Positions 1-9,294 of a DNA stretch of 64,000 nt are shown piece by piece. Source of the stretch: Candidatus Yanofskybacteria bacterium RIFCSPHIGHO2_02_FULL_43_17. Its GTDB lineage: Bacteria > Patescibacteriota > Minisyncoccia > 2-02-FULL-40-12 > GWA2-44-9. A program made the position numbers and the translations under genes. Below the pieces are notes generated by a model. That model was not told where the DNA came from, made no database searches, and worked only from the letters and a program-made list of their open reading frames with translations. The stretch spans positions 27,494 through 91,493 of the forward strand of contig MGJU01000014.1 in the NCBI GenBank assembly GCA_001794435.1, written 5' to 3'. Position 1 is the first letter of the stretch. The number at the start of each line of letters is the position of its first letter.

Positions 1-46
1 CGCCGACCCGCCGTCTGGCGGGGAGGTGAATTTGACACTTCCCAGA

Positions 47-121
47 TGGCAGCGCTACGGGGAGTCGAACCCCGCTTCTCAGCTTGAAAAGCTGATGTCC
101 TAACCGATAGACGATAGCGCC
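47..121 (-). tRNA. tRNA-Glu (anticodon UUC)
   Basis: cloverleaf on minus strand; 7-bp acceptor with one G-U; anticodon loop UUUUCAA; CCA encoded. Confidence 0.8.
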
Positions 122-197
122 TCTACTACGCTAAAGCTCCGAAGAGCGCAGCATAATTGTTAAATTATCGCACAAAAATTGAAAAAAATCAATAAAA

Positions 198-1280
198 ATG
201 ATAAAATATTACCCTATGATGATACTTGGTATCGAAACATCCTGTGATGAAACGGCGATAGCCGTTCTTGAGATTAAAAACGGCAAAATTACGGTTCTAT
301 CTAATACCGTCTCATCTCAAGTTAAACTTCATGCGAAGTTCGGTGGCGTTGTGCCAAATCTCGCAGCAAGAGAACATGCTAAAAACATAGGACTCGTTTT
401 TAAGCTTTCTTTGAAAAAAGCGGGGGTTAAAGATTTTGGTAAGGAAATCCGCCTGATAACCGTAACTCGCGGTCCCGGGCTTGGTCCTTCCCTTTTAGTC
501 GGCTTGGCTTTTGCTAGAACTATCGCCTGGAAATATAACAAGCCTCTAATCGGAGTAAACCATTTGGAAGGACACATCTACTCCAACTGGCTAAAGCCAG
601 TTGGAGTAAACTCAACCCTTCGTAGTTTTAGCAAAGTAGGACCAGTCCTGAATCTTATTGTATCGGGTGGCCATACAGAGTTGGTACTGATGAAAGGACA
701 TGGAAAGTATAAGATTATCGGGGAAACCTTAGACGATGCTGTCGGCGAAGCATTTGACAAGGTCGCTAGACTTCTCGGGCTTGGTTATCCCGGCGGTCCG
801 ATGATTTCCAAAATTGCCGAGCGAGGTGACAGCACCCGCTTTCCCCTGCCGCGGCCGATGCTTAATTCAAAGAATTTTGACTTCAGTTATTCGGGACTTA
901 AAACAGCAGTCCTCTACCTCCTTCGGGACTTAAAAGAAAGCGGTGAGAAAATAAACAAGCAAACAAAAGCTGATATTGCCGCTTCATTTCAAAAAGCAGC
1001 CACGGACGTTCTGGTTTTTAAAACCATCAAAGCTGTTCAAGAATACAAAGTTAAATCACTATTCCTGTCCGGGGGTGTTTCCGCTAACAAAGAACTAAGA
1101 AAGCGGCTGGCAACAGAAGCAAAAAAGATAGGCATAAAATACTCGCAACCAGAGATGGAATATACCGGCGACAATGCTGCAATGATAGCGGTGGCCGGAT
1201 ATTTCAAAGTAAAAAGTAAAAATGAAAAAGTAAAAACCGATTGGGGGTCGATTAAGATGGATGCCAATCTGGGATTCTGA
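198..1280 (+). CDS. tsaD: tRNA N6-adenosine threonylcarbamoyltransferase TsaD (Kae1/Gcp family)
   Basis: N-terminal MMILGIETSCDETAIAV motif; length ~350 aa; likely true start at ATG 216/219. Confidence 0.9.
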   Translation: MIKYYPMMILGIETSCDETAIAVLEIKNGKITVLSNTVSSQVKLHAKFGGVVPNLAAREHAKNIGLVFKLSLKKAGVKDFGKEIRLITVTRGPGLGPSLLVGLAFARTIAWKYNKPLIGVNHLEGHIYSNWLKPVGVNSTLRSFSKVGPVLNLIVSGGHTELVLMKGHGKYKIIGETLDDAVGEAFDKVARLLGLGYPGGPMISKIAERGDSTRFPLPRPMLNSKNFDFSYSGLKTAVLYLLRDLKESGEKINKQTKADIAASFQKAATDVLVFKTIKAVQEYKVKSLFLSGGVSANKELRKRLATEAKKIGIKYSQPEMEYTGDNAAMIAVAGYFKVKSKNEKVKTDWGSIKMDANLGF

Positions 1281-3390
1281 TAGTATACAAGGAGTGGAAC
1301 TTCCAAAGACATACAACCCGCAAGAAACAGAGGACAGGATTTACAAACTCTGGGAAGAGAGCGGTTTTTTTACGCCGGAGAATTTGCCCCTTCGACAAGA
1401 TCAGGACAAGCCGGAAGAAGTAAGAAAATTTGTTACCTGTATCGCTCCCCCAAACATAACCGGCGAACTGCATATGGGACATGCTCTTGAACTTACAATG
1501 CAGGATATTTTGGTACGAATGAAAAGAATGCAAGGACACAAAACTTTATGGGTGCCGGGGATAGATCATGCTGGCATCGCCGCCCAAAATGTAGTGGAGA
1601 AACAACTCAAAAAGGAAGGCCTGACCCGCCATGACCTTGGTCGCGAAAAATTCGAACAAAGAGTCCGGGAGTGGAAAGAAAAATACGGAACCGCTATTCT
1701 TGGCCAGTTCAAGAAACTTGGTATTTCCGTTGACTGGTCTAGAACCCGCTACACTCGGGATGAAGAATACGAAAAAGCAGTCTGTAACGCATTCGACAAA
1801 TACAAAAAAGAGGGTTGGATCTATAAAGGCCTTAGGGTGGTTAATTGGTGTACCAGATGCGGAACCGGAATTTCCGACCTTGAAGTAAATTATGTTCCCG
1901 AAAAAACCAAACTTTACTTCATTAAATATGGCCCCTTTACTCTGGCCACCACCAGACCGGAAACAAAGCTCGGCGACACGGCCCTCGCAGTTCATCCCGG
2001 CGACGAACGCTATCGTGATTATGTGGGCAAAGAAATTGAGATCGAATCCGTGGATAACAATATTCCCCTTCTGGAAGAACCTAAGCTGAAAACAATAAAG
2101 ATAGAGGTGGTAGCCGATGAATCCGTGGACAAAGAATTCGGCACCGGAATAATCAAGGTAACGCCGGCTCACGATACCACCGATTTTGAGATCGCCCAAC
2201 GCCACAATCTGCCCTCGATCAAAATAATCGACGAACACGGAAAAATGAATAAGAATGCGGGACAAAGATATCAAGGCATGAAAACTGCCGAAGCCAGAGA
2301 ACAGATTGCCAAAGATCTCGAAGCCATCGGCTTGATGGGTAAGATTGAGGACTATGAACACAACATCGCCCGCTGTGACCGCTGCGACTCCGTGATCGAA
2401 CCCCTGCCTTCGGAACAATGGTTTTTAAAAGTGTCTGAACTTGCAAAGTTAGCCGATGAGGCGATCCGCAACAACGAAGTAGAGATATATCCCAAAAACT
2501 GGAAAGATGTCACGTTGAAATGGATAAACAATATGAGAGACTGGAATATCTCTCGCCAACTTTGGTGGGGACACAAAATACCGATCGAAGGCGAGGAAGA
2601 TGTTCTGGACACATGGTTTTCATCCGCTCTTTGGCCTTTCGCCGTCTTGGGTTGGCCGGAAGAAACAAAAGACATGCGAGAATACTATCCCACTCAATTT
2701 ATAACTTCGGATAGGGGTATTGTGTTTTTGTGGCAGATCCGGATGATATTTTCCGGAAAATATTTCACCGGCAAAGTCCCCTTCTCCGTAATTTATATTC
2801 ATCCCACGGTTTTAACAAAAGACGGCAAAAGAATGTCAAAATCACTTGGCACGGGCATTGATCCGGTCGGACTTATTGAGAAATATGGAGCTGACGCTCT
2901 GCGATTCGGCCTAGCCTATCAGAATACCGGGATACAAGACATGCGGTTCAATGAAGATGTCATACTCATGGGGAAAAAGTTCGCCAACAAATTGTGGAAC
3001 ATCGCCAGATATATTTTGATGAAAACGGGAGACAATTTTGAAGCCAAAAGAACTAACCATGAAATCATAAAAAAAATGGAGAGCACAGTCTCTTTGGTTT
3101 CAGAAAACATAAATTCATACAAATTCGGCGAGGCGGCCCACGAACTATATGATTTCATCTGGCACGATCTTGCCGACAAATACATAGAGGAGACCAAGGA
3201 TAAAGAAGATATCGAAACCAAACAAACACTAGCTTACGTTTTAATTAATTCCTTAAAACTTCTCCACCCTTTTATGCCTTTCGTGACTGAAGAAATTTGG
3301 TCAAAATTACCCACAAAAGACCCCGAAAAATCGCAAAGCGATCTCGGAGCAAGCAAGAAATTACTGCTTGTGGAAGAATGGCCTGCCTAA
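1261..3390 (+). CDS. valS: valyl-tRNA synthetase (short form lacking C-terminal coiled coil)
   Basis: PPNITGELHMGHA class-I motif, TTRPETKLGDTALAVHP editing-domain motif, KMSKSLGTGIDP. Confidence 0.9.
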   Translation: MPIWDSDSIQGVELPKTYNPQETEDRIYKLWEESGFFTPENLPLRQDQDKPEEVRKFVTCIAPPNITGELHMGHALELTMQDILVRMKRMQGHKTLWVPGIDHAGIAAQNVVEKQLKKEGLTRHDLGREKFEQRVREWKEKYGTAILGQFKKLGISVDWSRTRYTRDEEYEKAVCNAFDKYKKEGWIYKGLRVVNWCTRCGTGISDLEVNYVPEKTKLYFIKYGPFTLATTRPETKLGDTALAVHPGDERYRDYVGKEIEIESVDNNIPLLEEPKLKTIKIEVVADESVDKEFGTGIIKVTPAHDTTDFEIAQRHNLPSIKIIDEHGKMNKNAGQRYQGMKTAEAREQIAKDLEAIGLMGKIEDYEHNIARCDRCDSVIEPLPSEQWFLKVSELAKLADEAIRNNEVEIYPKNWKDVTLKWINNMRDWNISRQLWWGHKIPIEGEEDVLDTWFSSALWPFAVLGWPEETKDMREYYPTQFITSDRGIVFLWQIRMIFSGKYFTGKVPFSVIYIHPTVLTKDGKRMSKSLGTGIDPVGLIEKYGADALRFGLAYQNTGIQDMRFNEDVILMGKKFANKLWNIARYILMKTGDNFEAKRTNHEIIKKMESTVSLVSENINSYKFGEAAHELYDFIWHDLADKYIEETKDKEDIETKQTLAYVLINSLKLLHPFMPFVTEEIWSKLPTKDPEKSQSDLGASKKLLLVEEWPA

Positions 3391-3393
3391 AAA

Positions 3394-4149
3394 TTGTATA
3401 ATAGGGTTATGTCCCCCGTTTACGCGGCAACATTAGTAACCCTCGGCCTCGCGCCCAGTTTGGTGTGGCTTTCTTTTTACCTAAGAAGAGACTGCCATCC
3501 GGAACCAAAGCATCTCCTAACCAAAGCATTCTTAATGGGGATCATCATCTCCCCTCTCGCTATTTTGCTCCAGTTGGGATTTGCCGAGCTTAGAACCCTG
3601 ATCGGCTTAGAGATTTTCAGCCAGGGCACGCCCACGTTTTTTCTGTGGTCTTCGTTTGTGGAAGAATTTCTGAAATTTTTTGCCATTTATTTGGTGATTT
3701 TAAGGAGTCCGGAATTCGATGAACCGGTTGACGGGATGATATATATGATAACTGCCGCTCTAGGATTCGCCGCCATAGAGAACATACTGGTAATGTTAAA
3801 CCTCATTCCAAACGGCGCCGGTACCGCCCTCAATACGCTGGCCCTCCGATTCATAGGAGCAACACTTCTTCATGCGCTGGCTTCGGGGCTTATAGGTTAT
3901 TTCCTGGCTATGTCCTGGTTCTTTCAGGAACACAAAAAGAAATTGATAGTGTTCGGACTCGCCATCGCGACGCTTTTCCACGCGGCATTCAATATGCTTA
4001 TCGCTTTCGCGCAGGAATCAGCCAATCCCGTCGTCGGTCTGGTCTACACCACCTTCCTGTTAATAATTCTGGCCTTTTTAGTTTCCGTATTATTTGATAA
4101 AATAAAAGAGAGGCACATACATTCACAATCTCTAAATCCTAATTTCTAA
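3394..4149 (+). CDS. PrsW-like intramembrane metalloprotease (CAAX-protease-like)
   Basis: polytopic membrane protein with EEFLKF, FAAIEN and H motifs typical of the PrsW family. Confidence 0.6.
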   Translation: MYNRVMSPVYAATLVTLGLAPSLVWLSFYLRRDCHPEPKHLLTKAFLMGIIISPLAILLQLGFAELRTLIGLEIFSQGTPTFFLWSSFVEEFLKFFAIYLVILRSPEFDEPVDGMIYMITAALGFAAIENILVMLNLIPNGAGTALNTLALRFIGATLLHALASGLIGYFLAMSWFFQEHKKKLIVFGLAIATLFHAAFNMLIAFAQESANPVVGLVYTTFLLIILAFLVSVLFDKIKERHIHSQSLNPNF

Positions 4150-4207
4150 TCTCTAAATTTTTTGATACTTAAGATTGTTTAGAGATTAGGGTTTAGAAAT
4201 TAGAGAC
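4127..4207. promoter_or_regulatory. ~30-bp near-perfect inverted repeat spanning the prsW-like stop and the hsp20 5' region
   Basis: AATCTCTAAATCCTAATTTCTAATCTCTAAA ... TTTAGAGATTAGGGTTTAGAAATTAGAGAC; ends 10 nt before the hsp20 ATG. Confidence 0.5.
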
Positions 4208-4216
4208 TTTACACAG

Positions 4217-4651
4217 ATGGACGATTTTTTTTCTGATGACAACAATGAATTAGATCCGATCCTGGCAGTTTCCGAAAAGTCCGCCCCAAAGAAGCGAGAT
4301 CTCGCTCTTAACGAGGGTGATTTCGACGGCCAACTGACAGTTGACGTATACCAGACCGAGGATGACATCGTCGTCCAGTCAACCATAGCCGGAGTCGACC
4401 AGAACGATATAGATATAACCGTCACAAACGATATGGTTACAATAAGGGGCAAAAGAACAACGCCGGACAAGGTAAAATCGTCTGATTATTACTATCAGGA
4501 GCTATTCTGGGGGCCTTTTTCAAGATCAATAATCCTGCCCGAGGATGTTGATTCTGATAATTCAAGGGCATCAATGAAGAACGGGCTTTTGACCATACGC
4601 CTGCCCAAATTGGCCAAAACACGAACGAAAAAAATAAAAATATCGGGATAA
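4217..4651 (+). CDS. Hsp20/alpha-crystallin family small heat-shock protein
   Basis: alpha-crystallin domain pattern (GLLTIRLPK C-terminal strand). Confidence 0.85.
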   Translation: MDDFFSDDNNELDPILAVSEKSAPKKRDLALNEGDFDGQLTVDVYQTEDDIVVQSTIAGVDQNDIDITVTNDMVTIRGKRTTPDKVKSSDYYYQELFWGPFSRSIILPEDVDSDNSRASMKNGLLTIRLPKLAKTRTKKIKISG

Positions 4652-5817
4652 TGCCCAATTTATCAAAAAGCTTCATGCTATTTGTAAGCCGGTTATCTAT
4701 AGCCGGCGTTATTGTTTTAGGTGGCTTTCACTTCGGTTCCACTTTTTTTATAGCAAACACAACTGAGAAACTGGAAAAAGTAGAAGTAAAAAACTTAGCT
4801 GAAAAAATAAACGGCCAATCTGTCGACAATCTGGAGATCTATATCCAAAACAGCAAAATGGTCATACTTTCTGAAACTATAAAAAGTTGGCTTGAACCCT
4901 ATGTCAGAAATTACACGGGTAAAAAAGATATCAGAATATCGCCTGAAAGAGTGGGGGTATATCTTGCCTCGATAGCGCCGTTGGTAAACATTCAACCAGT
5001 AAACGCCAAGTTTATACTGGTCAACGGCAAAGCCGAGGAGTTCATCCCGGCTAAAAACGGACAAAACTTAAACCTTGATGCTTCTAAAAAACTTATTATA
5101 GACGCAATAACCAATGGGTATAAGGATGTGAATTTACCTGTTGAGATTATCGAGCCGGCCATAACCTTGGATAAAGTTAATGAATTGGGAATCATCACGC
5201 TTATCGGCCGGGGTGAATCTGACTTTAAAGGGTCGCCTCCTTCCAGAATTCATAATATAAAGATCGGTTCCGCCAAATACAACGGCACGATACTGAAACC
5301 GGGTGAAGAATTTTCTTTCAATTCAATTTTGGGAGAAGTCGATGAAAATAACGGTTACCAGCCGGAACTTACCATTAAGAACGGCAAACTGGTCTACGAA
5401 TACGGCGGCGGATTGTGCCAAGTTTCAACAACCTTATTCAGGTCAGCGATAATGGCCGGACTGCCGATACTGGAGAGAAAACCGCATTCTTTTCCGGTAA
5501 GGTACTACGACCCACAGGGTTATGATGCCACGATATATCCGGGAGTGGTGGATCTAAGATTTAAGAATGACACGCCTAACCACATCCTCATACAATCAAG
5601 GATAGAAGGCTCTAAACTGATATTCGATATTTACGGCTCGGGAGACGGAAGAAAAGTTGCGCTTAACGGGCCTTTTCAATATGATCAAAAAACAAACGGC
5701 TCCATGAAAGCGTATTTTGTCAGAAAAATTACTTCAGCCAACGGTTCCGTAAAAGAGGAGAGATTTGACTCAAACTACGGCGCGCCGGCTCCGCTTGAGA
5801 AGAATCCGTTGGAATAG
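4651..5817 (+). CDS. VanW family protein
   Basis: GGGLCQVSTTLFRSAIMAGLPILERKPHSFPVRYY VanW-domain core; N-terminal TM segment. Confidence 0.8.
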   Translation: MPNLSKSFMLFVSRLSIAGVIVLGGFHFGSTFFIANTTEKLEKVEVKNLAEKINGQSVDNLEIYIQNSKMVILSETIKSWLEPYVRNYTGKKDIRISPERVGVYLASIAPLVNIQPVNAKFILVNGKAEEFIPAKNGQNLNLDASKKLIIDAITNGYKDVNLPVEIIEPAITLDKVNELGIITLIGRGESDFKGSPPSRIHNIKIGSAKYNGTILKPGEEFSFNSILGEVDENNGYQPELTIKNGKLVYEYGGGLCQVSTTLFRSAIMAGLPILERKPHSFPVRYYDPQGYDATIYPGVVDLRFKNDTPNHILIQSRIEGSKLIFDIYGSGDGRKVALNGPFQYDQKTNGSMKAYFVRKITSANGSVKEERFDSNYGAPAPLEKNPLE

Positions 5818-5837
5818 TATAGTTTAGCGCTAGTATT

Positions 5838-5922
5838 GGGCGAGTGGCGGAACTGGAATACGCGCACGGCTTAGGACCGTGTTCCGAAAGGATTGAGGGT
5901 TCGACTCCCTCCTCGCCCACCA
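5838..5922 (+). tRNA. tRNA-Leu (anticodon UAG)
   Basis: long variable arm; anticodon loop CUUAGGA; CCA encoded. Confidence 0.85.
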
Positions 5923-5926
5923 TAAA

Positions 5927-5959
5927 CTCAAAATCCCCATCATGGGGATTTTGAGTTTT
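5927..5959. terminator. intrinsic terminator hairpin
   Basis: CTCAAAATCCCCAT-CAT-GGGGATTTTGAG followed by TTTT; sits between convergent tRNA-Leu and the pilin-like array. Confidence 0.6.
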
Positions 5960-5976
5960 ACTATCGATAACAAAGT

Positions 5977-6348
5977 TTAGGCGAAGAAGGATCGGGTAAT
6001 AAGTCCCGCCAATGTCTGCAGTATCACGCCGACACCCAGCACTACCGCCGCTCCGATCACACCGTTCCATATGGTCGATTGGGCCGATTTGACCTTTTCG
6101 TCGTCGCCTCTGGCTGCCATATACATAACTCCTCCCCAAATAATGAATATAACGGCGAGAATAACTGAAACAATTATCAAAAATTGCGCTATTCTTCTTA
6201 TCAATTCCTCAATCTCAAGTAGGGTTATTGCTGAGCCGGTGGTTGGAGGCGTCGGAGTTGGCAAGGTTCCCGCCAATACCAAAACAGGCATCAAAACCGC
6301 TATTATTGCCAACGCGACTAATGTTGTTCTGCTAATATTTTTTTTCAT
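5977..6348 (-). CDS. T4SS pilin-like (VirB2/TrbC-like) small membrane protein, paralog 1
   Basis: N-terminal signal/TM, PT-rich spacer, C-terminal two-helix hairpin module IIWGGVMYMAARGDDEKVKSAQ...GAAVVLGVGVILQT shared with four neighbouring genes. Confidence 0.55.
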   Translation of the reverse strand: MKKNISRTTLVALAIIAVLMPVLVLAGTLPTPTPPTTGSAITLLEIEELIRRIAQFLIIVSVILAVIFIIWGGVMYMAARGDDEKVKSAQSTIWNGVIGAAVVLGVGVILQTLAGLITRSFFA

Positions 6349-6688
6349 TCCTCCACCTCCCTTCCGCGAAATTTGCCCATGAGGAGTTGCTGAAAGCAGC
6401 CGAATAGCTGCAAATTTCAGCGTCCCGCTCTATCTGGAATCGAAGCTGCAGAATAATACTAGTCAAGACGAAGTCGGTAATTTCACAAAGTCCTGACTGG
6501 CCTATTGCTTTGACTCTAGATAGAGCGGGGTTCCTCGTGTTTTTAACTTACCTTCATTATATCAAATACAAATAAATTTGGTAGTAACCCCGCACCAATC
6601 TTATCCGCTGACCGCCATTAAGAAATGAGGCGGGATTGGAGCGGGGTTAAGTGTTTGTCGCCAATCGCTTCGCTCTTGGACAAACAAC

Positions 6689-7099
6689 TTAATAAATACA
6701 CGTTCCTATAATCGGAATCCTTACGGTACAGAAGAAGTCAAGGGTTATTACAGAAGCTATTGTCTGGATAATTACTCCGACACCGAAAATAATCGCCGCA
6801 CCGATAATACCGCTTCTCAGTCGCGCTTGGGCGGCCGTTACTTTGGTCGCATCATCTCCAGCATACATATATGTCACCCCGCTCCAGATGATGAATATCA
6901 CTGTCAACAAAGCGCTAACTGTGATGAAAAATGTGCTGACCCGAAATATTACATAATCCAAAACATCTAGGGTGATCGGATTGCCCGGAAGCAGGCCCTG
7001 ACTGCCGGCTCTGGAACTTGGAACATTTACAACCATCGCCGGCAATACGTAAGCCAGAAAAATGAATAGTGACGAAACTGTCCGTAATATTTTTTTCAT
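6689..7099 (-). CDS. T4SS pilin-like small membrane protein, paralog 2
   Basis: same C-terminal module (IIWSGVTYMYAGDDATKVTAAQ...GAAIIFGVGVIIQT); start taken at MKKILRT. Confidence 0.55.
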   Translation of the reverse strand: MKKILRTVSSLFIFLAYVLPAMVVNVPSSRAGSQGLLPGNPITLDVLDYVIFRVSTFFITVSALLTVIFIIWSGVTYMYAGDDATKVTAAQARLRSGIIGAAIIFGVGVIIQTIASVITLDFFCTVRIPIIGTCIY

Positions 7100-7213
7100 C
7101 CCGTTAGAAATAGTACAAAGCACCAACTACCACCGTGCGGTGCCATATACTATTATTTATTGTTTTATTGATATTAATATGATTCATACCCATTAGGGTT
7201 ATTTCTAACGGGA

Positions 7214-7558
7214 TTATTCGCAGCTCAACGGTATAAATAAAGTATAATCGGCGCCTAAAGAATTGGCAACCGTAGCAATTATAGTATAAGTTCCGAGTAT
7301 AACTAAAACGCCGACCAATCCCCACAAAAACGACTTTCTGGCTTCGGTCACCTTTGTCGGATCACCTTGCGACATCAAAAATTTCACTCCAAAATAAACA
7401 ACCGCCACCACCACCAAAACAAGGGCGACCCTTGTGATCCAGCAGGCAAGACCGGTTATTATTCCTAAAACATCCTGAATAGTTAAATCTATGCCCGGCG
7501 CAGTTCCGGTCACGCCGTATAATAAAGATCGGGAATTTGGAATTTGGAATTTCATCAA
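7214..7558 (-). CDS. T4SS pilin-like small membrane protein, paralog 3
   Basis: same module (VVYFGVKFLMSQGDPTKVTEARK...VGVLVILGTYTIIAT). Confidence 0.55.
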   Translation of the reverse strand: MMKFQIPNSRSLLYGVTGTAPGIDLTIQDVLGIITGLACWITRVALVLVVVAVVYFGVKFLMSQGDPTKVTEARKSFLWGLVGVLVILGTYTIIATVANSLGADYTLFIPLSCE

Positions 7559-7591
7559 GATTTGTTTAGAAATTAGGACTTACAAATTTAC

Positions 7592-8563
7592 TTAGGGCGT
7601 TCCTCCTAAGTTCAATATGCTCTCTATTAAAGTAATGAATCCTTTGCCTATCATTATTATAGCCAACCCCACCACGGCGTACACTAGTATCTGTCTGGCT
7701 TGAGTCACTTTAGCCGTATCGCCTCGAGAGGTCAAAAACATCACTCCCGCATAAACAATCATAGCTACGGCAATGGGAATGGCGAGGTTAAACAACCAAG
7801 TAGCGATGACATTTATCAATTCTATCAGATTATCCGCCAATATGGGATTAGTGATAGAAAAATTAAACGACTGCGTTGCACCAGGAGCTCCACCGCCTCC
7901 GCCACCACCACCGCCTCCGCCGCCACCGCCACCTCCAGGTGCTTGTTGGCCACAAATATTAACATTGATTTGCAAAGGAGTTCTTCCGGCACAAGCCGGA
8001 ACATCAGATAAATTCTGAAAATTCCCCGGACTGCAAGCGTAAGTGCCGTCACCAGCCACACAGGCCCATATCAATTCTCCGGTACCTACCGTAATCCTGA
8101 CCCTGGGAGACTCGATAACATTTGTATTGTAAATATAACCGGTATTTCCACACTCAATCAGCATATAGACATTTGCATCGGGTCCGCTCCAAGCCGGAAG
8201 TCTTGTTGATTGCGTAACCGATGTCTGAATGCTTTGCCCAGTACGCTGAAAACTCTGCGTACCGCTTGTCAAAACTTCGTCTTCTTCATTATTAAGATCC
8301 AGTTTCAAGCTCCAAACATAAGAACTAATATTATTGTCCCCACAATGCCTAGAATATGCGGCCAAATCTATAACACCCCTCATTGAAAAAGTGACCGGAT
8401 TATTTGGATTAACCACAAGAACTGGATTTGCAGTAAAACTACTGACAGTAAATCCGTTGGCGCTGATACCGCCTACAGTTCCAGCAAGAGCTAGATAATC
8501 AGTCGAAGGATTGATTATAACCAGAATAAAAACATAGAAAAATATGGTAATTTTTCTGATCAT
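7592..8563 (-). CDS. secreted Cys-containing domain fused via (Gly)16 tether to a C-terminal T4SS pilin-like module, paralog 4
   Basis: signal peptide, ~200-aa Cys-rich extracellular domain, G16 run, then MIVYAGVMFLTSRGDTAKVTQARQ...module. Confidence 0.55.
   Translation of the reverse strand: MIRKITIFFYVFILVIINPSTDYLALAGTVGGISANGFTVSSFTANPVLVVNPNNPVTFSMRGVIDLAAYSRHCGDNNISSYVWSLKLDLNNEEDEVLTSGTQSFQRTGQSIQTSVTQSTRLPAWSGPDANVYMLIECGNTGYIYNTNVIESPRVRITVGTGELIWACVAGDGTYACSPGNFQNLSDVPACAGRTPLQINVNICGQQAPGGGGGGGGGGGGGGGGAPGATQSFNFSITNPILADNLIELINVIATWLFNLAIPIAVAMIVYAGVMFLTSRGDTAKVTQARQILVYAVVGLAIIMIGKGFITLIESILNLGGTP
7879..7929 (-). repeat. imperfect (CCN)16 triplet tract encoding poly-Gly
   Basis: ccaccgcctccgccaccaccaccgcctccgccgccaccgccacctcc on the plus strand. 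Confidence 0.8.
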
Positions 8564-8622
8564 TTGTGTAATATGTTTTCCTTAAGTATTGGTATTGATG
8601 ATTTTTTATATCTGGACATCTT

Positions 8623-9294
8623 TCAATTTATTATACCTTGATCGAATTTATCGGTAAATTCGTTTTCCTGAATATGTTTTGCTTTTTCCCGTCTTCGCCA
8701 CACATACCACCCGCCAGCCGCCAGTATGGCAATGACCAGAGTAATTAATATTACCACGTTCGCAGATAAAAACCCCTTGTCCAAATTCGGCGGCGGCACA
8801 GGCACAGCACTTCGACAGTCATTAGGGCAAGTTTGTTCACTTTCCCCTCTGTCAGAATTGCACGTCCCGTCATCGTTGCAAAAGGAACTCTCGCTCACAA
8901 AAACTGTCAGAAGTATTTTCCCTTGCGAGTCATAGAAAACCGCTTTCTGGCCGTCAGGCGCATATGGCGCTTTGACCGAAATTTTACCTTTCAAAAAGTC
9001 GGGGTTGCCTCGTTTGGGATCAAACAAAAACTCCGCCGCCACCCCGTTCTTAAGGTTAATTATTTCTCCCTTAAAAGGGAATTGGGTATTGAACGTCTCG
9101 GGAGTGAATTCTTCTGGAATAACATCGTACTTGAACTCAAAATCCCTATCGGCAAACAACTGGCCGTTATCATAATAGAGATGAAAATTGTAAACATAAC
9201 TATCTTCTATCCTAATATCAGCCCAAGCTGGAAGTAAAAAAACAAACACAGCCACTGATACGAAGAAAAATATTTTAGAAACTAAATTAAACAT
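8623..9294 (-). CDS. secreted protein with C-terminal membrane anchor, Cys-rich segment, unknown function
   Basis: signal peptide MFNLVSKIFFFVSVAVFVFLLPAWA, CNDDGTCNSDRGESEQTCPNDC motif, C-terminal TM plus RRREK. Confidence 0.5.
   Translation of the reverse strand: MFNLVSKIFFFVSVAVFVFLLPAWADIRIEDSYVYNFHLYYDNGQLFADRDFEFKYDVIPEEFTPETFNTQFPFKGEIINLKNGVAAEFLFDPKRGNPDFLKGKISVKAPYAPDGQKAVFYDSQGKILLTVFVSESSFCNDDGTCNSDRGESEQTCPNDCRSAVPVPPPNLDKGFLSANVVILITLVIAILAAGGWYVWRRREKAKHIQENEFTDKFDQGIIN

Noticed and set aside
1546-2418. 290-aa minus-strand ORF inside valS
   Set aside because: Antisense to a well-supported aminoacyl-tRNA synthetase gene with no motif of its own.
6071-6382. 103-aa plus-strand ORF opposite the first pilin-like gene
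   Set aside because: The minus-strand frame carries the conserved family module and signal/TM features. The plus frame is a shadow.
7879-7929. Possible CRISPR or other non-coding repeat at the CCN tract and PT-repeat DNA
   Set aside because: The repeats are in-frame codon repeats (poly-Gly, poly-Thr-Pro) inside ORFs, with no spacer/repeat periodicity. No CRISPR array is present in the window.
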